A stretch of DNA of 64,000 nucleotides, taken from positions 623,968 to 687,967 of the forward strand of contig CM100124.1 in the NCBI GenBank assembly GCA_046056395.1. Reading direction: 5' to 3'. Shown one piece after another: positions 13,300 to 24,953 of this stretch. Within the stretch, counting starts at the first letter, position 1; each line of letters starts with the position of its first letter. A program made the translations under genes and the position numbers. The notes under the pieces were generated by a model that saw only the letters and a program-made list of their open reading frames with translations, was not told where the DNA came from and made no database searches. The stretch comes from Mugilogobius chulae. Its lineage: Eukaryota.

Positions 13300-13480
13300 A
13301 CTTTCTTAGACCTGGTTTAGACCCACCTCACTCGACAGGACAAGGAGAGATGAGAAAGACCGGGTTTAGGCCTGGTTTAGACCTGGTTTAGACTTGACAT
13401 AGACACACCTTCATCAGACAGAACCACAAGAGGTGAAAAAACAGACTTAGACTTGGTTTAATCCTGGTTCAAGCCTGGTT
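13300..13480. repeat. Degenerate continuation of the donor-copy / 11-mer satellite array
   Basis: Repeats of CCTGGTTTAGAC… with GACAGGACAAGGAGAGATGAGAAAGACC. Confidence 0.6.
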
Positions 13481-13554
13481 TACACCTGGAGATGCATTTT
13501 TCTGTCTTCAGAGCCCGTTTCCTCCCGTGGCAAATTAGATTCATGTTTTGTAGT

Positions 13555-13941
13555 GCTATATTCATATTTTCATCTCTCGTGTCAGAGTCCTGTTTCCTCC
13601 CCTGTGGTCTTGTAGTGTTACATTTATATTTTCTCTCGTGTCAGAGTCCTGTTTCCTCCCCTGTGGTCTTGTTGTGTTATATTCAGTATTTCTCTCTTGT
13701 CAGAGTCCTGTTTTCTCCTCTGTGGTCTTGTAGTGTTACATTTATATTTTCTCTCGTGTCAGAGTCCTGTTTCCTCCTCTGTGGCCTTGTAGTGTTACAT
13801 TTATATTTTCTCTCGTGTCAGAGTCCTGTTTCCTCCTCTGTGGCCTTGTAGTGTTATATTTATATTTTCTCTCGTGTCAGAGGCCTGTTTCCTCCTCTGT
13901 AGTCTTGTAGTGTTACATTTATATTTTCTCTCTCGTGTCAG
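13555..13941. repeat. Tandem array (7 copies, ~60-bp unit) of the exon-3 acceptor site plus first ~16 nt of exon 3 (CTCTCGTGTCAG|AGTCCTGTTTCCTCC…)
   Basis: Each unit repeats a polypyrimidine tract, AG, then AGTCCTGTTTCCTCC. The final unit is the real acceptor. Confidence 0.85.
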
Positions 13942-14137
13942 AGTCCTGTTTCCTCCGCTGCGGATGCTGATGGTGCCTCCGCGTCACTACTGCGTCATCC
14001 TCAATCCCGTTGCCCGCGACGACAACGACCAGGTCCAGTTCGACCAATCAGGGCAGGCCAAGCTGAGACACGCCGACCAGGAGATCCGCCTCACCCAGGA
14101 CCCGTTCCCCCTGTACCCCGGGGAGGAGGTCCAGCAG
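13942..14137 (+). CDS. mvp: MVP coding exon (…[65 protein letters not shown])
   Basis: Matches human MVP [23 protein letters not shown]…[21 protein letters not shown]. Acceptor TCAG|, donor CAG|GTATGA. Phase-consistent with the flanking exons. Confidence 0.9.
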
Positions 14138-14235
14138 GTATGAACCCTCTGTAACCCTCTGTACCCCGCTGTGACCCGGGGAGGTACTGAACCCTCCTGT
14201 ACGTGTCTGAACCCTCCTGTACGTGTGTTTTTCAG

Positions 14236-14358
14236 GACGTGACGCCGCTGCAGATCGTCTTTCCCGACACGGCTCTGAGGCTCCAGGCTCTGCTCGAGTT
14301 CACCGACTCCAAAGGAACCAGAGGACGGCCGGAGACGAGTGGCTCTTCGAGGGACCAG
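14236..14358 (+). CDS. mvp: MVP coding exon (DVTPLQIVFPDTALRLQALLEFTDSKG…[frame change]…[11 protein letters not shown])
   Basis: Matches [42 protein letters not shown]. The 5' part and the 3' part ([12 protein letters not shown]) lie in different frames. That is consistent with one missing nucleotide near 14318-14326 (agaggacggccgg). Confidence 0.75.
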
Positions 14359-15306
14359 GTCTGACTGAGTCCTGCTTTAGTCTGGTTTTAGTCTTGTTTT
14401 AGGGCGTATTCAGACCTATAAAATTTGGTCCGATTTAAACGATCCAGAATTCGTTTTTTCTGACAGTTCAGACTTTTTTTTAGGTCTGAATAAAGACAAG
14501 CGAACTCTGATCCGAATCAAACGATCGGACCGAGACCACCTCTTCAGGTCGGTCTCGGGCTGATTGCAAACGGATTCTGGTGCGGATCACTTATGATCTG
14601 AATACAAACGGCCTCGATCCGAAACGAACACGAAACACATGCTCTTTTTGGACCTGACAAGCCACCGTCACAACGCACAGTCACTAAGCACAATTCTAAG
14701 CACAATTTCCTATCTACACGGTTTATTCTGTTGTCTAGATTTGTCTGAAAACATAAAGATATTTTCTCGCGTTTGTTTCCATCAAATAAAGCACTTTCAT
14801 TTTCAGTCTTAACCCTTCGTGTTTGCACAATGAAACCAAAACAGTAACACTTGGACAGTCTTCTTACCGTGATGGAGTAGAGACGAGGATCCTTACAAAC
14901 CAGATTATCAAATTGCCTCCTTTCCTTACTCGTTTAAATCTATATGTCCAGAAAAATAAGAAAGCAAAGACAGGCTACTGTTCCATTGTGAGCACTGATG
15001 CACCCAGTCCCGCTGGTACAGTGAGTAGTCCGCTGCGTTCACGTCAAATCCCAATGAAATTCATCCTCCCGACGAGCGCCAGGTCTGTGTTTAGTCCCGC
15101 ACAAACCCAGGCTCCTGCCGCCTCACCTCGGGCTCCACACGGGGCTGAAATCACCGCTACCTCTGGACTGGAGTCTGGGTTTGGACCAGTGTCTCGTCCT
15201 GTTTCACTGACAAACAGACCTAATTCTAGTCTATGACAGTAATCAGAAGGTCGTTTATGATAATGAACGAATAACGAGCTGCTACTTTACTATAAAGCCT
15301 AACTTT

Positions 15307-16489
15307 TAGGGCTGCACGATATTAAAAATGTATGCGATATGCGATATGGGCTCTGAGATTGCGATATTCGATATTTTTGCGATATTTATTTTTCACTTAA
15401 GAAATTCTCTGTGCATTTATTTTAAATCGTTATTACACTATTAAAACAATGTGCATATAAACGGCACACGTTCTGTGGCTTTGTAATTGCTTAATTATGT
15501 TATTAACTTATTTTTATTGAAGCGCTGTCATGTTTTAGGACGCTTTTTTCAAGGCTTAGTTGCTGGTTACTCTGAAAATCTGGCAACCCTAGTTGCTACC
15601 TTTACACACGTTTCACGTCTGTCTGTGAACTGAAGATGAGCTTGTGCGTCGTATTAAACGTGCCTGACAGGTCACAGTTTTATCACAACTATAGTTTTTG
15701 AGCGTTTTAAACCATCGCGAGTCACAAGAGTCGTTCTTTAGAGAAGAAGAAGACGAGAACGCAGCGCTAAACACACAGGTATTACACACACGCCTGCTAC
15801 ACACACATAATTACAGGTACACACGCAGGACTTACTTTTGAGATGATGCTGAGGCAGAGGAAAGTTGATCAGAGTGGCGTTTAATCCATTTGCTCCGTGG
15901 TTTATGGTTTGGTTGTGCTGTGTTGTTAGCAATAGATCCGTTGTTAGCAGCGCTAATATGCTAACTCACAGCTAACGTTAACCAAAGACATAACATGCTG
16001 GAATCAAAACGCCACAGCCTGTGAATTTTCCTTTGGTTTTCCGGATTCTAGCGGATCAGTTTGAGGAGTTTGAAGAGTAAAGAAACTTTACGGTGGTCGT
16101 CCTTGTGAGGTTGTTCGAAGCGGCTGCAGTTGTATTTCCCCTTAATGTAGCTTCTGTTTTGAGCCGTCGACATGATAGAAAAACACTTGTCTTGTAAATA
16201 GTCCAGAATTGTCGGGATGCAGTGGTTTTAGGAAAAGGAGTTTGCTGCTTTTGTCTGCGCTCATCTTTTCATCTGTTTACAGTAGTAGTTGCCATCATTC
16301 ACTGCGCCTCGCTCTAGCTTAGCTAAGCGGCAGCAGCAGATTTAAGGTGGCGCGCTTAAGGTGGCGCTGGAGTCAAACCACTCCGCACTAAAAACGGATG
16401 AATAATGCATAAAAAATGTAAGAAATTATCGCACGTGTCAATATCGCGATATCGATATTGATATTTTTTCGATATATTGTGCAGCCCTA
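15307..16489. mobile_element. hAT-like non-autonomous element (~1.18 kb) inserted in an MVP intron
   Basis: Terminal inverted repeats TAGGGCTGCACGATAT… / …ATATTGTGCAGCCCTA. Perfect 8-bp target-site duplication CTAACTTT at 15299-15306 and 16490-16497. Internal CGATAT-rich and (CAGCAG) sequence; no intact transposase ORF. Confidence 0.75.
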
Positions 16490-16792
16490 CTAACTTTTAT
16501 CCAAAAACACTTCTTCCGATTAGCACCGCCCCCTCGTCAGATTTGTCCAATGAGAGCGCTGGTTCTCACATACAGTATGTGTCTGTTTACGTTTTAAAGT
16601 CCACTCTACAGCAGCGCAGTGAGAGTATGCTCCGAACCAACTGAAAAAAATTAAGTCTGGATCGGATTTGGATCAAACAAGCGGACTTTTGCACTTTTCT
16701 GGTCTGAATACACCCTTAGCCCTGTTTTAGCCCTGTTTTAGTCCTGTTTTAGAGCTGGTTCAGTCGTGGTCTTGATCCGGTCTCTGTTCCAG

Positions 16793-16924
16793 GGACCTAT
16801 ATTCCGTGTAAGGAGGTGGTGGTGGTGGAGACGATCAAAGCCACGGTGATCAGAGAAAACCAGGCCATTCGACTGAGAGCGAGGAAGGAAGGAGTGGACC
16901 GGAGCGGAGTGAACCGAGTCACAG
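16793..16924 (+). CDS. mvp: MVP coding exon ([45 protein letters not shown])
   Basis: Matches [45 protein letters not shown]. Acceptor TTCCAG|, donor CAG|GTAAAA. Confidence 0.9.
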
Positions 16925-17004
16925 GTAAAACACGCTGAGAACACGCTGAGAACACGCTAAGAACACGCACACACGAGGGGTATAACGTGTCTGTGTCTCT
17001 GCAG

Positions 17005-17099
17005 GGGAAGAGTGGCTCGTGTCTAAAGTCGGAGCTTATCTGCCCGGAGCTCATGAAGAAGTTATCGACATCGTCAACGCCTTTATCCTCACGGACAAG
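17005..17099 (+). CDS. mvp: MVP coding exon ([31 protein letters not shown])
   Basis: Matches [31 protein letters not shown]. Acceptor TCTGCAG|, donor AAG|GTGAGT. Confidence 0.9.
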
Positions 17100-17215
17100 G
17101 TGAGTCTGGACCAGGACTGGACCAGGTCTGGACCAGGTCTGGACCAGGACTGGACCAGGTCTGGACCAGGACTGGACCAGGTCTGGACCAGGTCTGGACC
17201 AGGACTGAAAAAGGA
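17100..17215. repeat. 11-mer minisatellite (GGACCAGGACT / GGACCAGGTCT) starting at the splice donor
   Basis: Tandem 11-mers directly after GTGAGT. Confidence 0.8.
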
Positions 17216-18177
17216 GGACTAAAACAGGACTAAAACACAGAGCCGGATCTAACCTTTTGCTGGCCCTGAGCTAAAATCAGCTTTGGGGCTCTCCAATCTT
17301 AACCTTTATAAGTCAAGCCAAAGCAGCGTTTAACAAAGACTTTTTCATGATGATTTATAACGACACGCAAAGCGACAGACAAAAATAAGAGTAGACTAAA
17401 TCATATTTCTCAGAATAAAGAGATAATGTAAGATCCTGCCCCTGAAACATTTTCCTTAAATTTGGAGTGGGCTATTTTAGACCAACACACAACGCAGAAT
17501 TTTATTAATATACTGTATGATTGCACCTCATCAAGTTTGACTTAGTGTCAGTGTTTCCAAATGAGGCCCCAGCCCTGTCCCTCTCCCTGTGAGCTCCTCC
17601 TCTGTTCTCTCTTCATGTGCTCACGCTGGAACAGCTGATAAACTGCATCATCGCGCTGGACTTTTTGGACAGAAATACTGAAATTTGAAACTTTTTGGGG
17701 ACAAACAGCCTCATGTTTTATGTGGCTTTTAAAAGAATTCAACATAAATCAGCCGACGTTTAAGTACATCAGCTGTTTGTGTTTGTAGTTCAGTCAATAC
17801 TTGTCCTATTGACACTAATAAAGATTGTCTGAGAGCTTATGAGATATACGTAGAACAGGTATTTTTGTCCAAACTGTTCCCAGAGTCTTTGAGTTGGCGG
17901 TCTGTGCTGAGAATGATCAGACACCTGTTTCAGGAGAAGCGGCTGTGATCCTGTTGTGCCTCAAGAACAGAAGAGGGGAGGTCTATCACGTTTAAGCTTG
18001 TATGATTGGTCAAACAGGTATTATGTACAGCCCAAACCAGAGAGTGAAGCCAACAGACCTGATGACTGGACTGACATAAACTCAAAAAACTATCAGCGCT
18101 CAGAAGGCAGGGCCAAACACAGATGAGGGGCCCTAAGCAACTTGTGTAGTCTGCGTATAGGAAGGTCCGGCTCTGCT

Positions 18178-19112
18178 AAAGCAGGACTAAAGCAGGACTA
18201 AACAGGACTAAAACAGGACTTAAACAGGACTAAAACAGGACTTAAACAGGACTAAACCACGTCTAAAACAGGACTAAACCTGGACTGAAGCAGGACTAAA
18301 ACAGGACTAAAACAGGACTTAAACAGGACTAAAACAGGACTTAAACAGGACTAAACCACGTCTAAAACAGGACTAAACCTGGACTAAAAACAGGACTTAA
18401 ACAGGACTAAAACAGGACTTAAACAGGACTAAACCACGTCTAAAACAGGACTAAATCAGGACTAAAACAGGACTTAAACAGGACTAAACCACGTCTAAAA
18501 CAGGATTAAACCTGGACTAAACAGGACTTAAACAGGACTAAACCACGTCTAAAACAGGACTAAATCAGGACTAAAACAGGACTTAAACAGGACTAAAACA
18601 GGACTTAAACAGGACTAAACCATGTCTAAAACAGGACTAAACCTGGACTAAAACAGGACTTAAACAGGACTAAACCACGTCTAAAACAGGACTAAATCAG
18701 GACTAAAACAGGACTTAAACAGGACTAAAACAGGACTTAAACAGGACTAACCACGTCTAAAACAGGACTAAACCTGGACTAAAACAGGACTTAAACAGGA
18801 CTAAAACAGGACTTAAACAGGACTAAACCTGGACTAAAACAGGACTTAAACAGGACTAAAACAGGACTTAAACAGGACTTAAACAGGACTAAACAGGACT
18901 TAAACAGGACTAAACCTGGACTAAAACAGGACTAAAACAGGACTTAAACAGGACTTAAACAGGACTAAACCACGTCTAAAACAGGACTAAACCTGGACTA
19001 AAACAGGACTAAAACAGGACTAAAACAGGATGAAAATGAGACTAAAACAGGACTATATCAGAACTAAAACAAGACTAAAACAGGACTTAAACAGAACTAA
19101 ACCAGTTCTCTC
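18178..19112. repeat. Minisatellite of the 11-mer family, reverse-complement orientation (AAACAGGACTAAAACAGGACTT…), ~0.9 kb, ending ~10 nt before the exon acceptor
   Basis: Tandem units visible. It is the reverse complement of the GTCCTGTTTTAGTCCTG units seen at 16700-16760. Confidence 0.9.
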
Positions 19113-19124
19113 TCTGGTCCGTAG

Positions 19125-19361
19125 AGGGCGCTGCACGTGCGCGCGCTCCGGCCCTTTAAGGACGCGGGGGGGCGTGACCGTCGTACGGGGGAGGAGTGGC
19201 TGGTCACCATGGCGGACCGAGAGGCTCACATCCCGTCGGTGTCGGAGGAGGTGGTCGGCGTCGTCACGGTAACGACCCTGAGCAGCCGCCAGTACTGCGT
19301 CATCCTGGACCCGGTGGACCAGGCCGGCAACCCGCAGCTGGGCAAGAAGAGGGTCGTCAAG
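19125..19361 (+). CDS. mvp: MVP coding exon ([79 protein letters not shown])
   Basis: Matches [79 protein letters not shown]. Acceptor CCGTAG|, donor AAG|GTAACG. Confidence 0.9.
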
Positions 19362-19784
19362 GTAACGGGGAACTGTCACTCAACCTGTTACACCTGTCAT
19401 TATGCACCTGTCAACCACGCTGCATACAAAGGCTTCGTCTTTTTTCTTGAAATTTGTATGACTGTAATTGCACAACTTTTTATTTAATTTTATTCTCGAA
19501 AAAAAATAAGACTTTTTTGCTATGACTTTATTCTCAAAAAAATCTCGCATTTTTGGGGAGTTTTTTCACTTTATTGTCATATAACTACAACTTTTTAAAA
19601 CTTCAACTTTATTCTCAACTTGCAAGAATGATCTCAAAATGTTTCAAGTTCATTCTCGTAGCCCACGCTTTTTTTTTTTTTCTTGGCTCTAATACTCCTA
19701 ATGTTCGTCTGTGTGATTTCCTTCTTTCTTCTCTCTTTGCTTCTCTGCTGTTCTCCTTTGTCTTTCTTCTTCAGGGAGAGAAGT

Positions 19785-22700
19785 TATTCTTCCTTCAGAG
19801 ACAGATGTTTCCTCCTAAAACTTTGCTCCTCTGATGTTCTCGTCTCTTCTTCAGGGAGAGATGTTTCGTCCCTCTCTTTGCTCCTCTGATGTTCTCGTCT
19901 CTTCTTCAGGGAGAGATGTTTCGTCCTCTCTTTGCTCCTCTGATGTTCTCGTCTCTTCTTCAGGGAGAGATGTTTGGTCCTCTCTTTGCTCCTCTGATGT
20001 TCTCGTCTCTTCTTCAGGGAGAGATGTTTCGTCCTCTCTTTGCTCCTCTGATGTTCTCGTCTCTTCTTCAGGGAGAGATGTTTCGTCCTCTCTTTGCTCC
20101 TCTGATGTTCTCGTCTCTTCTTCAGGGAGAGATGTTTCGTCCTCTCTTGCTCCTCTGATGTTCTCGTCTCTTCTTTCAGGGAGAGATGTTTCGTCCCTCT
20201 CTTTACTTCCTTGAAGTGGCTCTCTGATTCTGTTCTCGTCTCTTCTTCAGGGAGAGATGTTTCGTCCTCTCTTGCTCCTCTGATGTTCTCGTCTCTTCTT
20301 CAGGGAGAGATGTTTCGTCCTCTCTTTGCTCCTCTGATGTTCTCGTCTCTTCTTCAGGGAGAGATGTTTCGTCCTCTCTTTGCTCCTCTGATGTTCTCGT
20401 CTCTTCTTCAGGGAGAGATGTTTCGTCCTCTCTTTGCTCCTCTGATGTTCTCGTCTCTTCTTCAGGGAGAGATGTTTCGTCCTCTCTTGTCCTCTGATGT
20501 TTCGTTCTTCTTCAGGGAAGATGTTTGTCCTCTCTTTGCTCCTCTGATGTTCTCGTCTCTTCTTCAGGGAGAGATGTTTGGTCCTCTCTTTGCTCCTCTG
20601 ATGTTCTCGTCTCTTCTTCAGGGAGAGATGTTTGGTCCTCTCTTTGCTCCTCTGATGTTTCGTCTCTTCTTCAGGGAGAGATGTTTGGTCCTCTCTTTGC
20701 TCCTCTGATGTTCTCGTCTCTTCTTCAGAGAGAGATGTTTGGTCCTCTCTTTGCTCCTCTGATGTTCTCGTCTCTTCTTCAGAGAGAGATGTTTCGTCCT
20801 CTCTTTGCTCCTCTGATGTTCTCGTCTCTTCTTCAGAGAGAGATTTCGTCCTCTCTTTGCTCCTCTGATGTTCTCGTCTCTTCTTCAGGGAGAGATGTTT
20901 CGTCCTCTCTTTGCTCCTCTGATGTTCTCGTCTCTTCTTCAGGGAGAGATGTTTCGTCCTCTCTTTGCTCCTCTGATGTTCTCGTCTCTTCTTCAGGGAG
21001 AGATGTTTGGTCCTCTCTTTGCTCCTCTGATGTTCTCGTCTCTTCTTCAGGGAGAGATGTTTGGTCCTCTCTTTGCTCCTCTGATGTTCTCGTCTCTTCT
21101 TCAGGGAGAGATGTTTCGTCCTCTCTTTGCTCCTCTGATGTTCTCGTCTCTTCTTCAGGGAGAGATGTTTCGTCCTCTCTTTGCTCCTCTGATGTTCTCG
21201 TCTCTTCTTCAGAGAGAGATGTTTCGTCCTCTCTTTGCTCCTCTGATGTTCTCGTCTCTTTTTCAGGGAGAGATGTTTCGTCCTCTCTTTGCTCCTCTGA
21301 TGTTCTCGTCTCTTCTTCAGGGAGAGATGTTTGGTCCTCTCTTTGCTCCTCTGATGTTCTCGTCTCTTCTTCAGGGAGAGATGTTTCGTCCTCTCTTTGC
21401 TCCTCTGATGTTCTCGTCTCTTCTTCAGGGAGAGATGTTTCGTCCTCTCTTTGCTCCTCCTGATGTTCTCGTCTCTTCTTCAGGGAGAGATGTTTCGTCC
21501 TCTCTTTGCTCCTCTGATGTTCTCGTCTCTTCTTCAGGAGAGATGTTTCGTCCTCTCTTTGCTCCTCTGATGTTCTCGTCTCTTCCTCAGAGAGAGATGT
21601 TTCGTCCTCTCTTTGCTCCTCTGATGTTTCTCGTCTCTTCTTCAGGGAGAGATGTTTCGTCCTCTCTTTGCTCCTCTGATGTTCTCGTCTTCTTCAGGAA
21701 GAGATGTTTCGTCCTCTCTTTGCTCCTCTGATGTTCTCGTCTCTTCTTCAGGGAGAGATGTTTCGTCCTCTCTTTGCTCCTCTGATGTTCTCGTCTCTTC
21801 TTCAGGGAGAGATGTTTCGTCCTCTCTTTGCTCCTCTGATGTTCTCGTCTCTTCTTCAGGGAGAGATGTTTCGTCCTCTCTTTGCTCCTCTGATGTTCTC
21901 GTCTCTTCTTCAGGGAGAGATGTTTCGTCCTCTTTGCTCCTCTGATGTTCTCGTCTCTTCTTCAGGAGAGATGTTTCGTCCTCTCTTTGCTCCTCTGATG
22001 TTCTCGTCTCTTCTTCAGGAGAGATGTTTCGTCCTCTCTTTGCTCCTCTGATGTTCTCGTCTCTTCTTCAGGGAGAGATGTTTCGTCCTCTCTTTGCTCC
22101 TCTGATGTTCTCGTCTCTTCTTCAGGGAGAGATGTTTCGTCCTCTCTTTGCTCCTCTGATGTTCTCGTCTCTTCTTCAGGGAGAGATGTTTCGTCCTCTC
22201 TTTGCTCCTCTGATGTTCTCGTCTCTTCTTCAGGAGAGATGTTTCGTCCTCTCTTTGCTCCTCTGATGTTCTCGTCTCTTCTTCAGGAGAGATGTTTCGT
22301 CCTCTCTTTGCTCCTCTGATGTTCTCGTCTCTTCTTCAGGGAGATGTTTCCTCTCTTTGCTCCTCGATGTTCTCGTCTCTTCTTCAGAGAGAGATTTTCG
22401 TCCTCTCTTTGCTCCTCTGATGTTCTCGTCTCTTCTTCAGGGAGAGATGTTTCGTCCTCTCTTTGCTCCTCTGATGTTGTCGTCTCTTCTTCAGGGAGAG
22501 ATGTTTGGTCCTCTCTTTGCTCCTCTGATGTTCTCGTCTCTTCTTCAGGGAGAGATGTTTCGTCCTCTCTTTGCTCCTCTGATGTTCTCGTCTCTTCTTC
22601 AGGGAGAGATGTTTCGTCCTCTCTTTGCTCCTCTGATGTTCTCGTCTCTTCTTCAGGGAGAGATGTTTCGTCCTCTCTTTGCTCCTCTGATGTTCTCGTC

Positions 22701-22965
22701 TCTTCTTCAGGGAGAGATGTTTCGTCCTCTCTTTGCTCCTCTGATGTTCTCGTCTCTTCTTCAGGGAGAGATGTTTCGTCCTCTCTTTGCTCCTCTGATG
22801 TTCTCGTCTCTTCTTCAGGGAGAGATGTTTGGTCCTCTCTTTGCTCCTCTGATGTTCTCGTCTCTTCTTCAGGGAGAGATGTTTCGTCCTCTCTTTGCTC
22901 CTCTGATGTTCTCGTCTCTTCTTCAGAGAGAGATGTTTCGTCCTCTCTTTGCTCCTCTGATGTAG
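19785..22965. repeat. 3.2-kb tandem array (~60 copies, 52-bp unit) duplicating the last ~52 nt of the intron, i.e. the 3' splice acceptor of the next exon: …TCTCGTCTCTTCTTCAG|GGAGAGATGTTTCGTCC…
   Basis: The unit closely matches the genuine acceptor region at 23041-23100 (GGGAGATGTTTCGTCCCCTCGTTGCTCCTTTAATGTCCTTGTCTTCCTTCTTCAG|GGGGAAAAG). All the long ORF-track ORFs at 19834-22985 are read through this repeat. Confidence 0.9.
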
Positions 22966-23095
22966 ACTGCTATTTTAGTTTGTAACTTTTACTAAACAAA
23001 AAGGCTTTGTACATGACAGTAACACACAGGCACACTTAAGGGGAGATGTTTCGTCCCCTCGTTGCTCCTTTAATGTCCTTGTCTTCCTTCTTCAG

Positions 23096-23221
23096 GGGGA
23101 AAAGTCGTTCTTCCTTCAGCCCGGAGAACGTCTGGAGAACGGGATCCAGGACGTGTTTGTTCTGTCTGAGGAGGAAGGTTTGGTGCTGAGAGCTGTGGAG
23201 GCGTTCGACGACGTGGACCCG
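23096..23221 (+). CDS. mvp: MVP coding exon ([42 protein letters not shown])
   Basis: Matches [34 protein letters not shown]…. Acceptor CTTCAG|, donor CCG|GTAAGA. Confidence 0.9.
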
Positions 23222-23720
23222 GTAAGAACCAGGACTGAACCTGGACTAAACCTGGATCTGAACCAGGACTAAACCAGGTAGGAACCAGGGACTGAACCTG
23301 GACTATACCTGGACTTGAACTGAGACTTGAACCAGGAATGAACCAGGTAAGAACCAAGACTGAACCTGGACTTGAACCAGAGAGTGAACCAGGACTGAAC
23401 CAAGACTAAACCCGGTAAGAACCAGGACTGGACCTGGACTAAACCTGGACTTGAACTGAGACTAAACAAGGTAAGGACCAGGACTGAAACCAAGACTAAA
23501 TCAAGATCTGAACCAAGACCTGGGCCAAGACGTGAACAGAGACTGAACCTGGACTGAACCAGGACTGAACCAGGTCTGAACCAAGACTTGAACCAGGACT
23601 AAACCTAGACTTGAACCAGAGAGTGAACCAGGACTAAACTAAGACCTGAACCAAGACCAAACCAGGTAAGAACCAGGACTGAACCTGGACTATACCTGGT
23701 AAGAACGAGGACTAGAGTGG
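23222..23720. repeat. 11-mer family minisatellite (GAACCAGGACTGAACCTGGACTAAACC…) beginning at the splice donor
   Basis: Tandem units directly after GTAAGA. Confidence 0.85.
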
Positions 23721-24267
23721 GACTGAAAAACCCTTGACATTCAAAGTTTTCTTTTCTCTACTTTTTGTAATTTTTACTCTGATTGACCTTTGATCTTTTT
23801 CTGTTTTTTGGCTCTACTCGGCCCTGTTCTGCTCGGCTCTGGTTTAAAATGTTTCCACAGCGAGTTTTCAGCGTTTTCCCGGTTCTAACGATGCCAAACA
23901 GGGACTAAGCTGTTAAAAAAGCACGTTTCCACTGGCTTTACTCGGCCCCACTCGGCTCAGTCTGGCTCTGATTGGAGCTCCTGGATTATCACCAGTTTCC
24001 AGTGATATCCGAACATTCTAAAAGGCAAAGGAGACACAACCAGGCCAAACAGAGTCGAGCAGAGCCGAGCAGGGCTAGTGGAAATGTGCCAATAGATATA
24101 TTTTGGCATATTTTGTTGTATTAATCTAATCGCTCAAGCAAAGTCACAGAAGTGGTAAAAATATGACACAAAAGGACACTTTTTATATTCACTATAGTTC
24201 ACTTTTAAAACAGTCAGGTTAATTAAGACTTCTCTCTGGAGCAGGACTATTCAACTCTACTCCCTCT

Positions 24268-24953
24268 AGGGCCGTGTTTTTATAAGTCTGTGTGAGGCTG
24301 GGCAAGAAACCGAAAAATCCCAAGATTGAGATCGAATCGTCAATTATTTGGTTGTAGGTTTTGAATCTTTAGAGCGAAATCTGTGGTTTTGAGGAAAGTC
24401 AAGCTTTGAGGAAGAATATTGTGGAGCGGAGTTATTGTGGAGTGGTGTTCCTCAGTGAACTGCTTTACTTTGGAGGACGGTCCGTGGTAAAAGTTGAATA
24501 GGCCTGCTGCAGAGTTCTGTAGAAGCTCATGTCTTAGGGTCCTGTGGTCCTCACAGAGATCTGCATCAGGGGGAAGTTTTTCAGTCCTGTTCCCACTGGA
24601 CCCGGTCAAAGAACCCTCCAAACAGTTTGAGTTTGAATGAGGCTTACAAGACCTCTTAGGCCTCCCGTACACTGACTGTGAGGAGAGTTGGTTCAGGACA
24701 CGTGCAGGTTTCTTGCAAAGTAACTTGTTCACTAACTCCAATCCACTGCAGTCCAGGCTTGCCCAGGGTTGGGCCATCTGGGAAAAAATATAATCACAAA
24801 ACAATAGAAAAATGTCTTTCTGGACATAAGCAAAAACTACACATTTTATTGACAAATGATTGTTTTTCAATTCTTCAATTCTAAACTCATCACCAAATAA
24901 TTGCCACTTCGATTCGATACAATCCTGATTTTTGGATTAATGGCCCAGCCCTA
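24268..24953. mobile_element. DNA transposon remnant with long (~80 bp) terminal inverted repeats (TAGGGC…GGCTGGGC…ATCGAATCG…CAATTATTTGG)
   Basis: 5' …CTAGGGCCGTG…GGCTGGGCAAGAAACCGAAAAATC…ATCGAATCGTCAATTATTTGG. The reverse complement of the 3' end is CTAGGGCTGGGCCATTAATCCAAAAATCAGGATTGTATCGAATCGAAGTGGCAATTATTTGG. An internal 176-aa minus-strand ORF has no recognisable domain. Confidence 0.5.

Noticed and set aside
19834-22985. Long + strand ORFs (126-312 aa) with repetitive proteins (…MFSSLLQGEMFRPLFAPL… / …SSDVLVSSSGRDV…)
   Set aside because: They are read-throughs of the 52-bp tandem array in all three frames, not genes
24340-24870. 176-aa minus-strand ORF inside the TIR-bounded element
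   Set aside because: No recognisable transposase or other domain by eye; probably a chance ORF in a degraded element
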